DNA from: Selaginella moellendorffii
Lineage: Eukaryota > Plantae > Lycopodiophyta
Direction of reading: 5' to 3'
NCBI RefSeq assembly: GCF_000143415.4
Contig: NW_003314298.1
Span: 434,001 to 498,000 of the forward strand
DNA: 64,000 nucleotides
Both the position numbers and the translations under genes were made by a program. Below are positions 11,941 to 23,260 of the stretch, piece by piece. Positions within the stretch are counted from its first letter, which is position 1. Each line of letters starts with the position of its first letter. Under the pieces are notes generated by a model that was not told the DNA's origin, did no database searches, and was given only the letters and a program-made list of their open reading frames with translations.

Positions 11941-13088
11941 TGTCGCGAATGTGACTTTGGGTATCGAAAGTTACCTGACGACTAGTCCTTTCGGATATTC
12001 TTCCCTTACTGCCACGACGGCAGGAGGTCGGTATTGCTGGACCCTTTATCAGTCCCTCTTGTGCTAGTGGAGTTAACTGGGCATTTCGAGTGTACTTAGA
12101 CCGGACGAGCATAAGGACGGAATTCCTACGTGTTATTAGCTAAGCATACTTAGCCCGGTAAGGAGTTCCCGTCTCGTTATGTCTTGCACTGGCTAGTGAC
12201 AAGAACCCTCGCGTATTGAGATTGGTCCCTCAATATCGCTACATGATAGCTTACCGTGTCTGCCAAACACCCTCGCTATCATGCCCTTTGTGTTAGTCTC
12301 ATTTTGGTCCTAAATGCTATTTATGGAAAGTGTCCAGATTTGCTCATTTGGCATATCTATGGAATGTAGAGATCGTCCTGAACACAATGGTGTTCGTCCC
12401 GTGTCCAAATTCGCAATCTAAGGACATTCCATATTTAGTAAGTTTCGAGCTTGTCCCAGAGACTAACTCCTGATACTAAGGGAGGCTTGGGGTGAAAGCC
12501 CAAAGCGTGTGTTCCTCAAGGGGGGGGGGGGCTATGGGGGGTTCCAAATGTATAGTAGGGATAGTGGGTAAGTCGGGCATGGCCGACCAACCTGAGGCAT
12601 AGTCTAGCTCCCGCTTGCGTGCCTGTCCTTGTTTTGCATCCGGCTTGGGTCTAAGCCCAAGTTCCATTCCATGCTAGTTGGTGGAGTACCCATATCCTCG
12701 CGTTAGGCCACCGGTATGCCGAAATAGCGCCAGACTCTGTTTGGCTCCGTTTTGCGTGCTGGTCCTGGCATTGGGATGCTGGTTGCTCTAGGACTGTTTC
12801 AAGTCGCTCCGGGCCCCTGTCCCTTCGCTCCTTGGGCTATATGCTCGGGAGTTGCTCCGTGGTCCGGTTTCATCACTCCTTGGCGTCACGCTTGGGAGTT
12901 TGGCACCGTTCCTTCGTTCAGTGGCCCAAGGCCCTGAACCTCGGGTTCCTATGGACACGTGGCACGGACACGTGGTATGTGACACATGGCATCTGTCACG
13001 TGGCACAAAGAGGGTTTAGGTTCCGCTTCGTGGTGTTATCCTATGGTAAATCACCATAGGATAAAGGGTCAAAACCACGTGCGCTACA
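11941..13088 (+). repeat. 5' LTR (1148 bp)
   Basis: Differs from the 3' LTR by about 3 substitutions seen by eye, one G in a G-run and a 13-bp duplication. Confidence 0.95.
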
Positions 13089-13090
13089 TT

Positions 13091-13101
13091 TGGTATCAGA
13101 G
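13091..13101 (+). promoter_or_regulatory. Primer-binding site complementary to the tRNA-iMet 3' end
   Basis: TGGTATCAGAG 2 nt after the LTR-terminal CA. Confidence 0.9.
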
Positions 13102-16100
13102 AATGAGTTTCAGCGAGTACTATTCAATGAGATTGGGGAACTAGTCTCGTTGCATACGCAGAGATAAAAACGATGATCCGAGTGGGTACACGTTTGGGTG
13201 CAAAGACTTCGCAATCGTTCCTTGGGTATGGATTCGGTTACCTTCTTGTACCGTAATTATGTGAGCTTACTCTTGGGCTCATAAGATGGATTTGAGTTGT
13301 TCCAGTAGCACGAGTTTGCGCTTGGGCTTGTGAGTGAGGCACATTAGCAACTCGAGGTTACGCTTTGAGTTGGCAGGATTAATGTTAGCCTATTGGTGGT
13401 TCCATGAGTTGTTCCATGTACCGTGGGTGAAAGTAAACTTTCCCTGAGTTTGCTATGAGTGGCAAATAGGCTGGTCCGTAGCTGTTTAGCATGGCACTAG
13501 TGGATCCTTCCTAGGTATGATTATAAGTGGATCAATCAAGACTATAGGGAATAGTCTATTGGTTCAAGTAATCATTGCCGTGCTCTCTCATAAACTTTTC
13601 TTGGATTGAACTGAAGGCAGTGCGAAAGCAAGCTTGAGGTTTGGTCAAAAGATGAGACCGAAAAGAGAGTCATCGGGGACGGAGGATCAAATACGTAAAT
13701 CATTTTCTCTTCTTGGAGAGATGATTTGCAACGAGGTGTTAACTCATTGCTTGTGTTCACATCATGCAATCAAGAGTCCCTATCTTGACGCATGTTGGAG
13801 ATGGTGGTCTTACAATGGTGAGTTGTGGGATGGATAGTGGTGAAATGCTAACCATTTTGTCTAAGCTTGCTATTGGAAGACTTGGGTTGCAATGCTCAAT
13901 TCTTTTCCGGGGAACCTTGCTATTGCTCCTTGAGTAGCTTGGTGTTGGATTAGTGTTGAGTTTGGTCGGAAAGAGAGTGGCATGAGCTTGTCCGTGTTGT
14001 GAACAAAAGTTAGTGGTGTTGGGTGTCGTAAACCTCTATTGGTGGAGTGTGGCATTTATGTTGCATTTTGTCGAATCGAGTTGGCATTTGATACTCACAT
14101 AAACGTTTGAAGTAATGACATAGGCATTGCTCATTGTGTTACTCAATTGATGATCAAGTCATTGTGATGCTTATATCATATCCATGTGATAAAGAGCAAT
14201 GTGTTTACGAAGTTGCTTGGGTAAATGATGATCAACCCCAAAGTGGTTGATGGAGAAGCTAGTCTACTTGCACAAAGTAGCATTGTAGTAGCTTTGACTG
14301 GATTCTCAATGGTGGTCCATTATGCTAAGCTTATGTTGGTACCTTGTTTCCTTGAGGGTTTGCCCATAAGGTGTTGGGAATGGGTTGTAGCATTCATTTG
14401 CTATAGCTTGTCTGTTGATCCGTTAGCACTTGGAGTAGATTATTGGATGGAGAAGGTGTGAGGTGGATGCATTGACATCGCTAGCACTTGTGTTAGTGGA
14501 AGTGACATTGTTGATTCAAGTGATGAGGAATTTTCCTTAGAGCTTGATTTTCCATGTCATTTTTCTTGTTAGTGTTTTGGCTTCACATTGGATCTTGAAG
14601 GTGATTGAAGAAGAGTGTTAGTGCAATATGGATATCCGAAGATGTGGTCTTCGTGATCAAGCCTTGGATGTTCATTTTGCACTTTGCGGATGTCGGTGTT
14701 GGATATCGGAAAATGGGCAAAGATGTTCGATGCTTAAGCATGCTATTGGGTCATAAGAATCTGTGTTAAGGTGAACCTATGTGAAGTTGTTTGTAGGATG
14801 AAGTTGGTTGAGTCGTGAAAGTTTGCATTCCTGGACTGAGAGTCATTCTTTCTCTAGGATGGAAAGTTTTCCACAAATTTTCTTAGGCTTTTTCAATGGC
14901 TGATCTATCGGTCACTTTGCTCGAAAACCATTCCGTTTTCGTAAGCCAGTACAAACTAGTGAAGGGGTTGAGTTGACTTCAGTTAACTTAGACCTTGATA
15001 GGTAGTTTGTATAATGCGGCCCGAAAGGGATGCTGACTTTTGAGGCTAAAACAATTGAGTTGGATAGAGTCTAGAGTTGATATCAAAAAGTGGCCGTTGC
15101 ACTTTTCTCAGAAAGGTGACCCTTGTACCTTTCTTTTGTAGCGTTATGCTTGGTGGCAGGTTGCACCTTGCATTATGTTAGACTCTATGAGAGTAGTGAG
15201 CTCTCACTGATCTTGACTTGGTCTTGGTGGCCATGCGCCTTGGCTGAGGATGGTGATGTCCAATTTAGTTGTTTGAGGTTGCGATGTTGGTACCCGTACT
15301 ATAGCTTTGTCTATGAGGAGGTTGTGTACCAATATGAGTCCATGTCATGGTCTTCACTTTAGTTTTGACTGAGTGTTGATCATGCATAGCTAGCCTCTTT
15401 AAGGCATGTTCAGAGCTATTGACTAAATGCATTAGTGAGCTTATTGCGGTTGAGTTGGATTCGAGTGGTCATTTAGTTTGTGCTTGTCTATGAACTTTTA
15501 TCTCGTACCTGGGGTATTATGTTCATGTTGGACAAGTATGTGACTTGATGATATGAGTTGGTGTTTGGGTCTTGTGAACGCAAGTTGAAGAGTGATTGTT
15601 AGTTGCTTTGCGACTAGTGATTACTTGTAGACTTCATCAAGGACAGTTGACACTTGCTTTGCTCGATGATGATTTAGCAGTGATGGGCTTGCTTTACCGG
15701 ATGGTGTTGCGGAGGATCGTGTCGTTAGACTTGCATAGGTTTTCTATGTTAGTATATCGATTCTATCTCTGTCGATATCATTTGGTTACGTTTAGTCCGT
15801 GGTGTTGGATTTCATTGAGTCTTGGATGTGGTGATTCACTCTTTGATGAAATGTTATCTGTAACTGAGTATTGCTGAAGGATTGGTCTCAGATACTAAGT
15901 ATAGTATCTTCGACTTTGGTTAGCTTGGTTGCTGGAAAGCTCCGAGTGGTGATTCACTCTTGCTTTCTTCTAGCTTTGTCCTGATGTTGATGGCATTGAA
16001 GTAATGCCTTGTCATTGATATTGTTGATATTGAGATCTGAGTGAAATGAGATGTCTCTCTGTAGGATTGATATTGAGTTTCATTAGTTCTGATAAAAATA

Positions 16101-18072
16101 GTGTTGATGATTTGGCTTTAGCTTTGTGTTGTTGGCATTCATGCATTTGCTAGTTAGCAACTGTGTTGACGTTCAAACGAACTGAGTGGCAAGTTGAGTT
16201 AGTTGTGTTCTAGACGAGATTATTTAGTAGAAGGTTGAGCTTTAGCTTTTCCTTGAAAAGTGATTTAGTCGTGGACTATGCTAACTCTACGAGAAGAAGA
16301 GTTAGTGATCGATATTAGAATGTTGAGTCCTTGCTGGATTTGAGTTCGGAATATAGCAATCATTAATGATTCTTTTTGAGCTTGTTATGAAGTGAGTTAC
16401 GTCTTGCTATAGATGGATTCATGGAGGATCGTTTGATGATCACTTGTTAAGCATAGCTTCGTTATGCTTAGCTTTTGGATTGATGCAGAAATGCTCTTCA
16501 TTAGCTTTGGCATTATGAAGTTTTTGGCTTATGGATGTGTTGAGGAAGATATTGTGGGTTGCACCATGATTTCTTCTTTAGCATTGAAGTTAGCTTCTAT
16601 AAGACTCGTGATCATTATTAGGCAAGACTTAGTTATAGGCTTCTTCGAGCTTTTGGTTCTTGAGTTTTGTGCTCATTGTTCCATTTGTTTGAAGTTGTTG
16701 GGGGAAGGCATTTTGGCTCATTAGCTTTGATTGAAGTTAGTTTTTGCATCTGGCAATCATTGGTGATGATTGACTATCATCTAGGGTAGTTGATTGTCCT
16801 TATCACAAGTTTTGCTTGATTATTGTTGGTTTGGAATTATTTGCTATTCTTCGGGATGGTAGATTCTTTCTTCAACGATGATTATACATCACTACATTGA
16901 TGGGCTAATTGACGATCTTTCATGATAGTTGGTTGTTCTCTTTGATGGCTTTTGGCTTTTTGCAATACCACATGTTCTTTGTGGTTTGCTCTGGATTGGT
17001 CTCTTGGGTTTAAGACATCAGTAGGATGTTGCTAACACTTGCTTAGGCAACTTGAGTTCCTTGGTATTGTTGGCTGGGATCTATTCAGATTGGCTTTTGT
17101 GATAGTTAGCAGGCATGAGTGTTTGTTGGTCTTCCCACATTCATTCTCTTCTGTTGATTATTGCTCGAGTTAGTTTTGATAAATTTGGATGTTATTTCCT
17201 TTGGGTGATACATTCGCGAGCATTGTGCTTGTTAGTCAATGATACTTTGTGTTCTTTGAGTTCTCTCTCGTAAGTTGTTGGGTTACTATCTGCTATCTTC
17301 GGTAGTTAAGTTTTATCATTGCGTTTACTTGATGATATACTTGCTATTGAATTTTGTTGGATGGTGCATCCTATGTTTTCCAATGATAGTGATCTTGGTG
17401 GTTCCTATACTGTAATACTAGTTTATCGGATGATAACTTACTTGGAATACTTTTGTGTTCTAATCTAAGCTTTATTCCCTGATAATTAAATCTCTAAAAT
17501 ATCATTGTCTATGACTTTGATATAGTCCATATATTAATCTTTGAGTTTGGGCCAGTATAGGCAGACTGGCTTCGGCACTTCGTGTGCATGCTGAAATCTC
17601 TAGTCATGGGGTAGCTACTGTCGACTGGTCACATAACCCGCCTCTCTGTCGATGTTCCTTATTCCGTTGAAAGGGCGTGACCGTGTAAACAACTCTAAAC
17701 TGCCTGTTGACAGTAGTCTATCTAAACCTTACCGACGGGTTTGGTTTCTTTGCTCAGGAGGGTTGGGGCCTCTGGCTTCTCTCTCTATGTCTCTGCGGGC
17801 AGGGCATATCACACTTTTGTAGCTGGGTGACACCCAGAGCAGCAAGGGTGGCTGACTCCGTTGGTCATTTCCTTGTCGGTGACGGCCGGAAGGTGTCTGA
17901 GCTGGTAGCGCATCCGCGTTAGACAAAGAGGTTGCTCCCTAACTCATTTAAGTTGGTGCATTTCTCACATAGTGTGAGTACCGTGAACTTTTTCGAGAGT
18001 TGTTTCCTTGGCGGTATTCTAGACTGGAGTGTGCATCGACGAGGACGTTGATCTTCCCCAAGGGGGGGAGAG

Positions 18073-19206
18073 TGTCGCGAATGTGACTTTGGGTATCGAA
18101 AGTTACCTGACGACTAGTCCTTTCGGATATTCTTCCCTTACTGCCACGACGGCAGGAGGTCGGTATTGCTGGACCCTTTATCAGTCCCTCTTGTGCTAGT
18201 GGAGTTAACTGGGCATTTCGAGTGTACTTAGACCGGACGAGCATAAGGACGGAATTCCTACGTGTTATTAGCTAAGCATACTTAGCCCGGTAAGGAGTTC
18301 CCGTCTCGTTATGTCTTGCACTGGCTAGTGACAAGAACCCTCGCGTATTGAGATTGGTCCCTCAATATCGCTACATGATAGCTTACCGTGTCTGCCAAAC
18401 ACCCTCGCTATCATGCCCTTTGTGTTAGTCTCATTTTGGTCCTAAATGCTATTTATGGAAAGTGTCCAGATTTGCTCATTTGGCATATCTATGGAATGTA
18501 GAGATCGTCCTGAACACAATGGTGTTCGTCCCGTGTCCAAATTCGCAATCTAAAGACATTCCATATTTAGTAAGTTTCGAGCTTGTCCCAGAGACTAACT
18601 CCTGATACTAAGGGAGGCTTGGGGTGAAAGCCCAAAGCGTGTGTTCCTCAAGGGGGGGGGGGCTATGGGGGGTTCCAAATGTATAGTAGGGATAGTGGGT
18701 AGGTCGGGCATGGCCGACCAACCTGAGGCATAGTCTAGCTCCCGCTTGCGTGCCTGTCCTTGTTTTGCGTCCGGCTTGGGTCTAAGCCCAAGTTCCATTC
18801 CATGCTAGTTGGTGGAGTACCCATATCCTCGCGTTAGGCCACCGGTATGCCGAAATAGCGCCAGACTCTGTTTGGCTCCGTTTTGCGTGCTGGTCCTGGC
18901 ATTGGGATGCTGGTTGCTCTAGGACTGTTTCAAGTCGCTCCGGGCCCCTGTCCCTTCGCTCCTTGGGCTATATGCTCGGGAGTTGCTCCGTGGTCCGGTT
19001 TCATCACTCCTTGGCGTCACGCTTGGGAGTTTGGCACCGTTCCTTCGTTCAGTGGCCCAAGGCCCTGAACCTCGGGTTCCTATGGACACGTGGTATGTGA
19101 CACATGGCATCTGTCACGTGGCACAAAGAGGGTTTAGGTTCCGCTTCGTGGTGTTATCCTATGGTAAATCACCATAGGATAAAGGGTCAAAACCACGTGC
19201 GCTACA
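18073..19206 (+). repeat. 3' LTR (1134 bp)
   Basis: Preceded by polypurine tract AAGGGGGGGAGAG; followed by TSD GCAAT. Confidence 0.95.
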
Positions 19207-21155
19207 GCAATACATTCGTGAGTATTTTTCTTGTCACATTGATCATATTTTACGTTCTTTGAGCTATCTTTTGTAAGTTGTTTTGCATGTTATCTACAAT
19301 CTTTGATAATTACGTTTTATCATTGAGTTTCCTTGATGATACATTGGCTATTGGTTAGATAGTAAATCCTATGTTTTCCAACTATGCTGATTTTGGTGGT
19401 TCCTATACATTAATACTCATTTATCAGATGATAACTTACTTGGAATACTTTTGTGTTCTAACCTAAGATTTATTCATTGATAATTAAGTTTTTAAGATAT
19501 CATTGTCTATGACTTTGATATTCTCCATCTATTGATCTTTGAATTTGGGCCAATATAGGCAGATTGGCTTTAGCACTTCGTGTGTATAGTGAAATCTTTA
19601 GTGATGGGGTAGCTTTTGTAAACTGGTCACATCACCTACCTCTTTGTTGATGTTCTTTATTCCATTAAAAAGGGCATGATCGTGTAAACAATTTTAACTA
19701 CCTATTTACAATAATCTTTCTAAACCTTACAGATGGGTTTGGTTTCTTTGCTTAGGAGGGTTGGGGCCTCTAGCTTCTCTCTCTATATTTTTGTGGGCAG
19801 GGGCATATCACACTTTTATAAGCAGGGTAACACCTAGAGTAGCAAGGGTGGCTAACTCCGTTGGCCATTTCCTTGTTAGTGATGGCCGGAACGTGTCTGA
19901 GTTGGAAGTGCATCTGCATTAGACAAAGAGGTTACCCTAACTTATTTAAGTTGGTGCATTTCTCACATAGTGTGATCATCGTGAACTTTTTTTGGAGTGG
20001 TTTCCTTGGCGGTGGTCTAGACTGGAGTATGTATTGACAAGGATATTGATCTTCCCTAAAAAGGGGAGAGTGTTGCAAATGTGACTTCGGGTATCGAAAG
20101 TTATCTATCGGCTATTCTTTCCTTACTACTACGATGGCAGGAGGTTGTTATTGCTAGACCCGTTATCAGTCTCTGCCTAAGCTAGTTGAGAAACTAATCT
20201 TCACATATGCACTTGACTAGATGAGTATAAGAATGGAATTCCTAAGTGCTATTAGTCAAGCATACTTGACTTGGTTAAAGAAACTCATTCATTGACTTAC
20301 ACTTGCTAGTGTTGGGAACCCCTGTGATATTGAGCTTGGTCCCTCAATATTCGCTAAATGATAGCTTACCGTGTTTGCCAAACACCCTCGCTATTATGCC
20401 TTTTATGTTAGTCTCATTCTAGTTGCAAATACTATTTATGGAAAGTGTCTAAATTTGCTCATTTGGCATATTTACGGAATGCAAAGATTGTCTTGAACAC
20501 AATGGTGTTCATGTCGTGTCCAAATTTGAAATCAAAGAACATTCTATATATAGTAAGTTTTGAACTTATCCCAAAGACTAACTCCTGATACTAAGGGAGG
20601 CTTGGGGTGAAAGCCCAAAGGGTATATTCGTCAAACGGGGGGGGGGGTAGTAGGGATAATGGGTAGGTTAGCCATGGCCGACCAACCTTAAGCATAGTCT
20701 AGCTCCCACTTGCATATTTATCTTTATTCTGCGACTGGCTTGGGTTTAAGCCCAAGTTTTATACCATGCTAGTTAGTGGAGTACCATATCCTCGTATTAG
20801 ACCACCAGTATGCTGAAATAGCACTAGACTCCGTTTGGCTTCATTTTGTGTGCTAGTTCTAGCATTGGGATGCTGGATACTCTAGGACTATTCCAAGTCA
20901 CTCTGTGCTTCTATCCCTTGGCTCCTTGAGCTATATGCTCAGGAGTTGTTCTGTGATCTAGTGCCATTGCTCCTTGGCTTCATGCTTGGGAGTTTGGCAC
21001 TGTTCTTTCGTTCAGTGGCCCAAGGCCCTAAAACTCGGGTTTTGCACCATAGTCCTTTGAACATGTGGCATGTGACATGTGGCATATGGAGGGTTTAGGT
21101 TCCACTCTTATGGTAAATCACCATAGGATAAAGGATAAAAACCACATCCGCTACA

Positions 21156-21495
21156 AGAGCGAAGGAACCAGAGCATGAAAAGACTCTCAAACATAAAGCC
21201 TATGGAGCGAAAGAATAGGATTATGGAGTGACATAGAAACAATCCTAAAGCATTCAACATCTTAATGGCAGAACCAACATAAAAAACAAGATAAATGAAA
21301 TTTAACACTACTTTAGCATATTTGTGGTCTAACGCAAGGATATGAGTACCTCATCAGTTAGTATGGTATTGAGCTTGGGTTAAACCCAAGCCAATCACAA
21401 AACAAGGACAGGTATGCAAGCAAGAGTTATATTATGTTTTATGTTGGTTGGCCATGCTTGATCTACCCACTATCTCTATTATACATTTAGAACCA
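21156..21495 (-). mobile_element. Inverted, heavily decayed LTR fragment of the same LARD family
   Basis: Reverse complement aligns to about 12540-12900 (e.g. GGAGTGACATAGAAACAATCCTAAAGC vs GGAGCGACTTGAAACAGTCCTAGAGC). Confidence 0.7.
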
Positions 21496-22273
21496 CAACT
21501 TTTGTATGGCCATTGGTAGCCATGCCAAAATCTGCTTCTCTAGTCACTCTCTCTAGGTTTGGGCTCACTTAGTTTCACTAATATTATCTTTCATGTTCTT
21601 AAAACCACTTAATTATTGATAAAAATCCATAATTGTGCCATGGGAGGGGCATCTTCCTCCCCACCTCCTGTTCTTACAAAGTTGCTATTTCATAGTTAAG
21701 TTATGGCTCTTTATCCTCTTCTTGCATACTTGAGCCCCAATTAAGGTAACAGATCCAACAAATAGGTGTGACAAGCAACTTCTCCAACTTTAATATTATA
21801 TAACAAGAGTTAAAATTAATAAAAGAAATTTTAGGCTCCCATAATAATAAAACTTCATACACATTCTTTTATATAAAATCTTGAAAAGATGTCATATCTC
21901 ACATTTAGAATTTATTTAACAAAAACAAGAGTTAGTATTAAACACTATGATTTTCTAAGGTATATGGAAAATATATCTTTTTTACTTTGTATATAAATAT
22001 GAGAAAATAATAAGAAATTATTGAAAATATTGTAAAATTCTAATATCAAAACTATCTCCCAAAACTGTCAAATAAAGGAAGGTACAATTTAAGCATATAC
22101 ATGGCCTGACCAACTGTATTAATTAGGATGTAATGAAACAACACAAGTTATAAAGCCAAAATATAGAGAAGAACAACACAATAAAGTGTGGAATCAAATT
22201 GGGTTATTTGTATGCCAAATAAAAAAAAATTGGAAATTTATTTATTTCTTTTATTTATAAATGATTAATTGAT

Positions 22274-22567
22274 TTATTTAGAACCAGGAGGAGATAAAAA
22301 CTCATTAGGAGGAGGTAAATCTTTCTTAGGAGGAGATAAAGGATCTGATGAAGGTGGTGAAATTTTCCCAATATTTGGATAAAGATTAGTGTCCATATAG
22401 GGATCATTCTGGCAAACTCCATAAAAACATACAAGTTTACTTTTACATTCATCATTTGAATTACATAATTCTCTAAAATCTTTTAATGTTGCACCCTTTA
22501 CTGTATATATTAAAACTGATACAAAAATAAGAAGTAAAATGATAGAGTAAAGACTTTTCTTTGCCAT
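22274..22567 (-). CDS. Secreted 97-aa peptide: signal peptide, kiwellin N-terminal (kissper-like) Cys domain, Pro-rich tail
   Basis: MAKKSLYSIILLLIFVSVLIYTVKG signal; CNSNDECKSKLVCFYGVCQNDPYMDTNL has the spacing of kiwellin CRDLNDCDGQLICIKGKCNDDPQVGTHIC (recalled sequence). Confidence 0.6.
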   Translation of the reverse strand: MAKKSLYSIILLLIFVSVLIYTVKGATLKDFRELCNSNDECKSKLVCFYGVCQNDPYMDTNLYPNIGKISPPSSDPLSPPKKDLPPPNEFLSPPGSK

Positions 22568-22969
22568 GAATACTGATAAGAATTTATAGAAGAAGTAATA
22601 CAATAGGTAGAGAAAACTACTTGATTTAAATACTCTAAAATATTAATATAATATGAGATATTACACAATGTTTAGCTTTTGTCCTTACAAATATGATAGT
22701 TACAAAGTAATTAAAACAAAAGACAACAAATAATACAACTAATATACTTTATAACTTTACTAGTTATAGTGTGCCACCTATATATCTTCCTTTATACTAT
22801 CTTTCTCTAGATTTAACCTTATTTATTTTACCATATTGTCTTCCATGCTATTCATGAGAGGGTTTAGGTTTAGGGTTTAGGTTGTGGAGTCAAACTAGGT
22901 TATTGGTGTGCCAAACAATATAAAAAATGGAAATTTATTTACTTCTTTTATTTATAAATGATTTATTGA

Positions 22970-23260
22970 TTTATTTAGAACCAACAGGAGATAAAAGCTC
23001 ATTAGGAGGAGGTAAATCTTCCTCAGGAGGAGGTAAAAGATCTAGAAAAGGTGATTGAATTTTCCCAATATTGAACAAAGATTAGTATTCATATTGAAAT
23101 CATCCTTGTAAATTCCATCAAAGCATGCAAGTTTACCCTTACATTCAGCATGTGAACTATATGATTCTCCACATTTTTTTAATGGTGCACTTTTTACTAT
23201 ATATTAAAACTAATACAAAAATAAGAAGTAAATGGTAGAGTAAAGATTTTTTCTTGCCAT
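22970..23260 (-). pseudogene. Tandem duplicate of the kissper-like peptide gene, frameshifted
   Basis: 1-nt deletion in the signal-peptide region; KCGESYSSHAECKGKLACFDGIYKDDFNMNTNLC in the downstream frame; flanks duplicated (22187-22790 vs 22883-23470). Confidence 0.65.

Larger units (their letters stand above)
11941..19206 (+). mobile_element. Full-length, recently inserted non-autonomous LTR retrotransposon (LARD-like), 7266 bp
   Basis: LTRs 11941-13088 and 18073-19206 (TG...CA); TSD GCAAT at 11936-11940 and 19207-19211; PBS TGGTATCAGAG at 13091-13101; PPT 18060-18072; no internal ORF over 100 aa. Confidence 0.95.
8483..21155 (+). mobile_element. Older, 5'-truncated copy of the non-coding LTR element (internal 8483-11940 and 19207-20070; 3' LTR 20071-21155), interrupted by the young copy
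   Basis: Collinear with about 13766-19206 of the young element; PPT AAAAAGGGGAGAG then TGTTGCAAAT...CCGCTACA; many C>T and G>A differences. Confidence 0.85.

Noticed and set aside
11960-12060. Possible hammerhead ribozyme (retrozyme) in the LTR: GAAA and CTGACGA close together
   Set aside because: Order and spacing cannot form stems I-III, and the minus strand gives only non-canonical CUGAUAA.
13572-18244. Short ORFs inside the LARD
   Set aside because: All under 100 aa, low-information, and mostly not preserved in the older copy.
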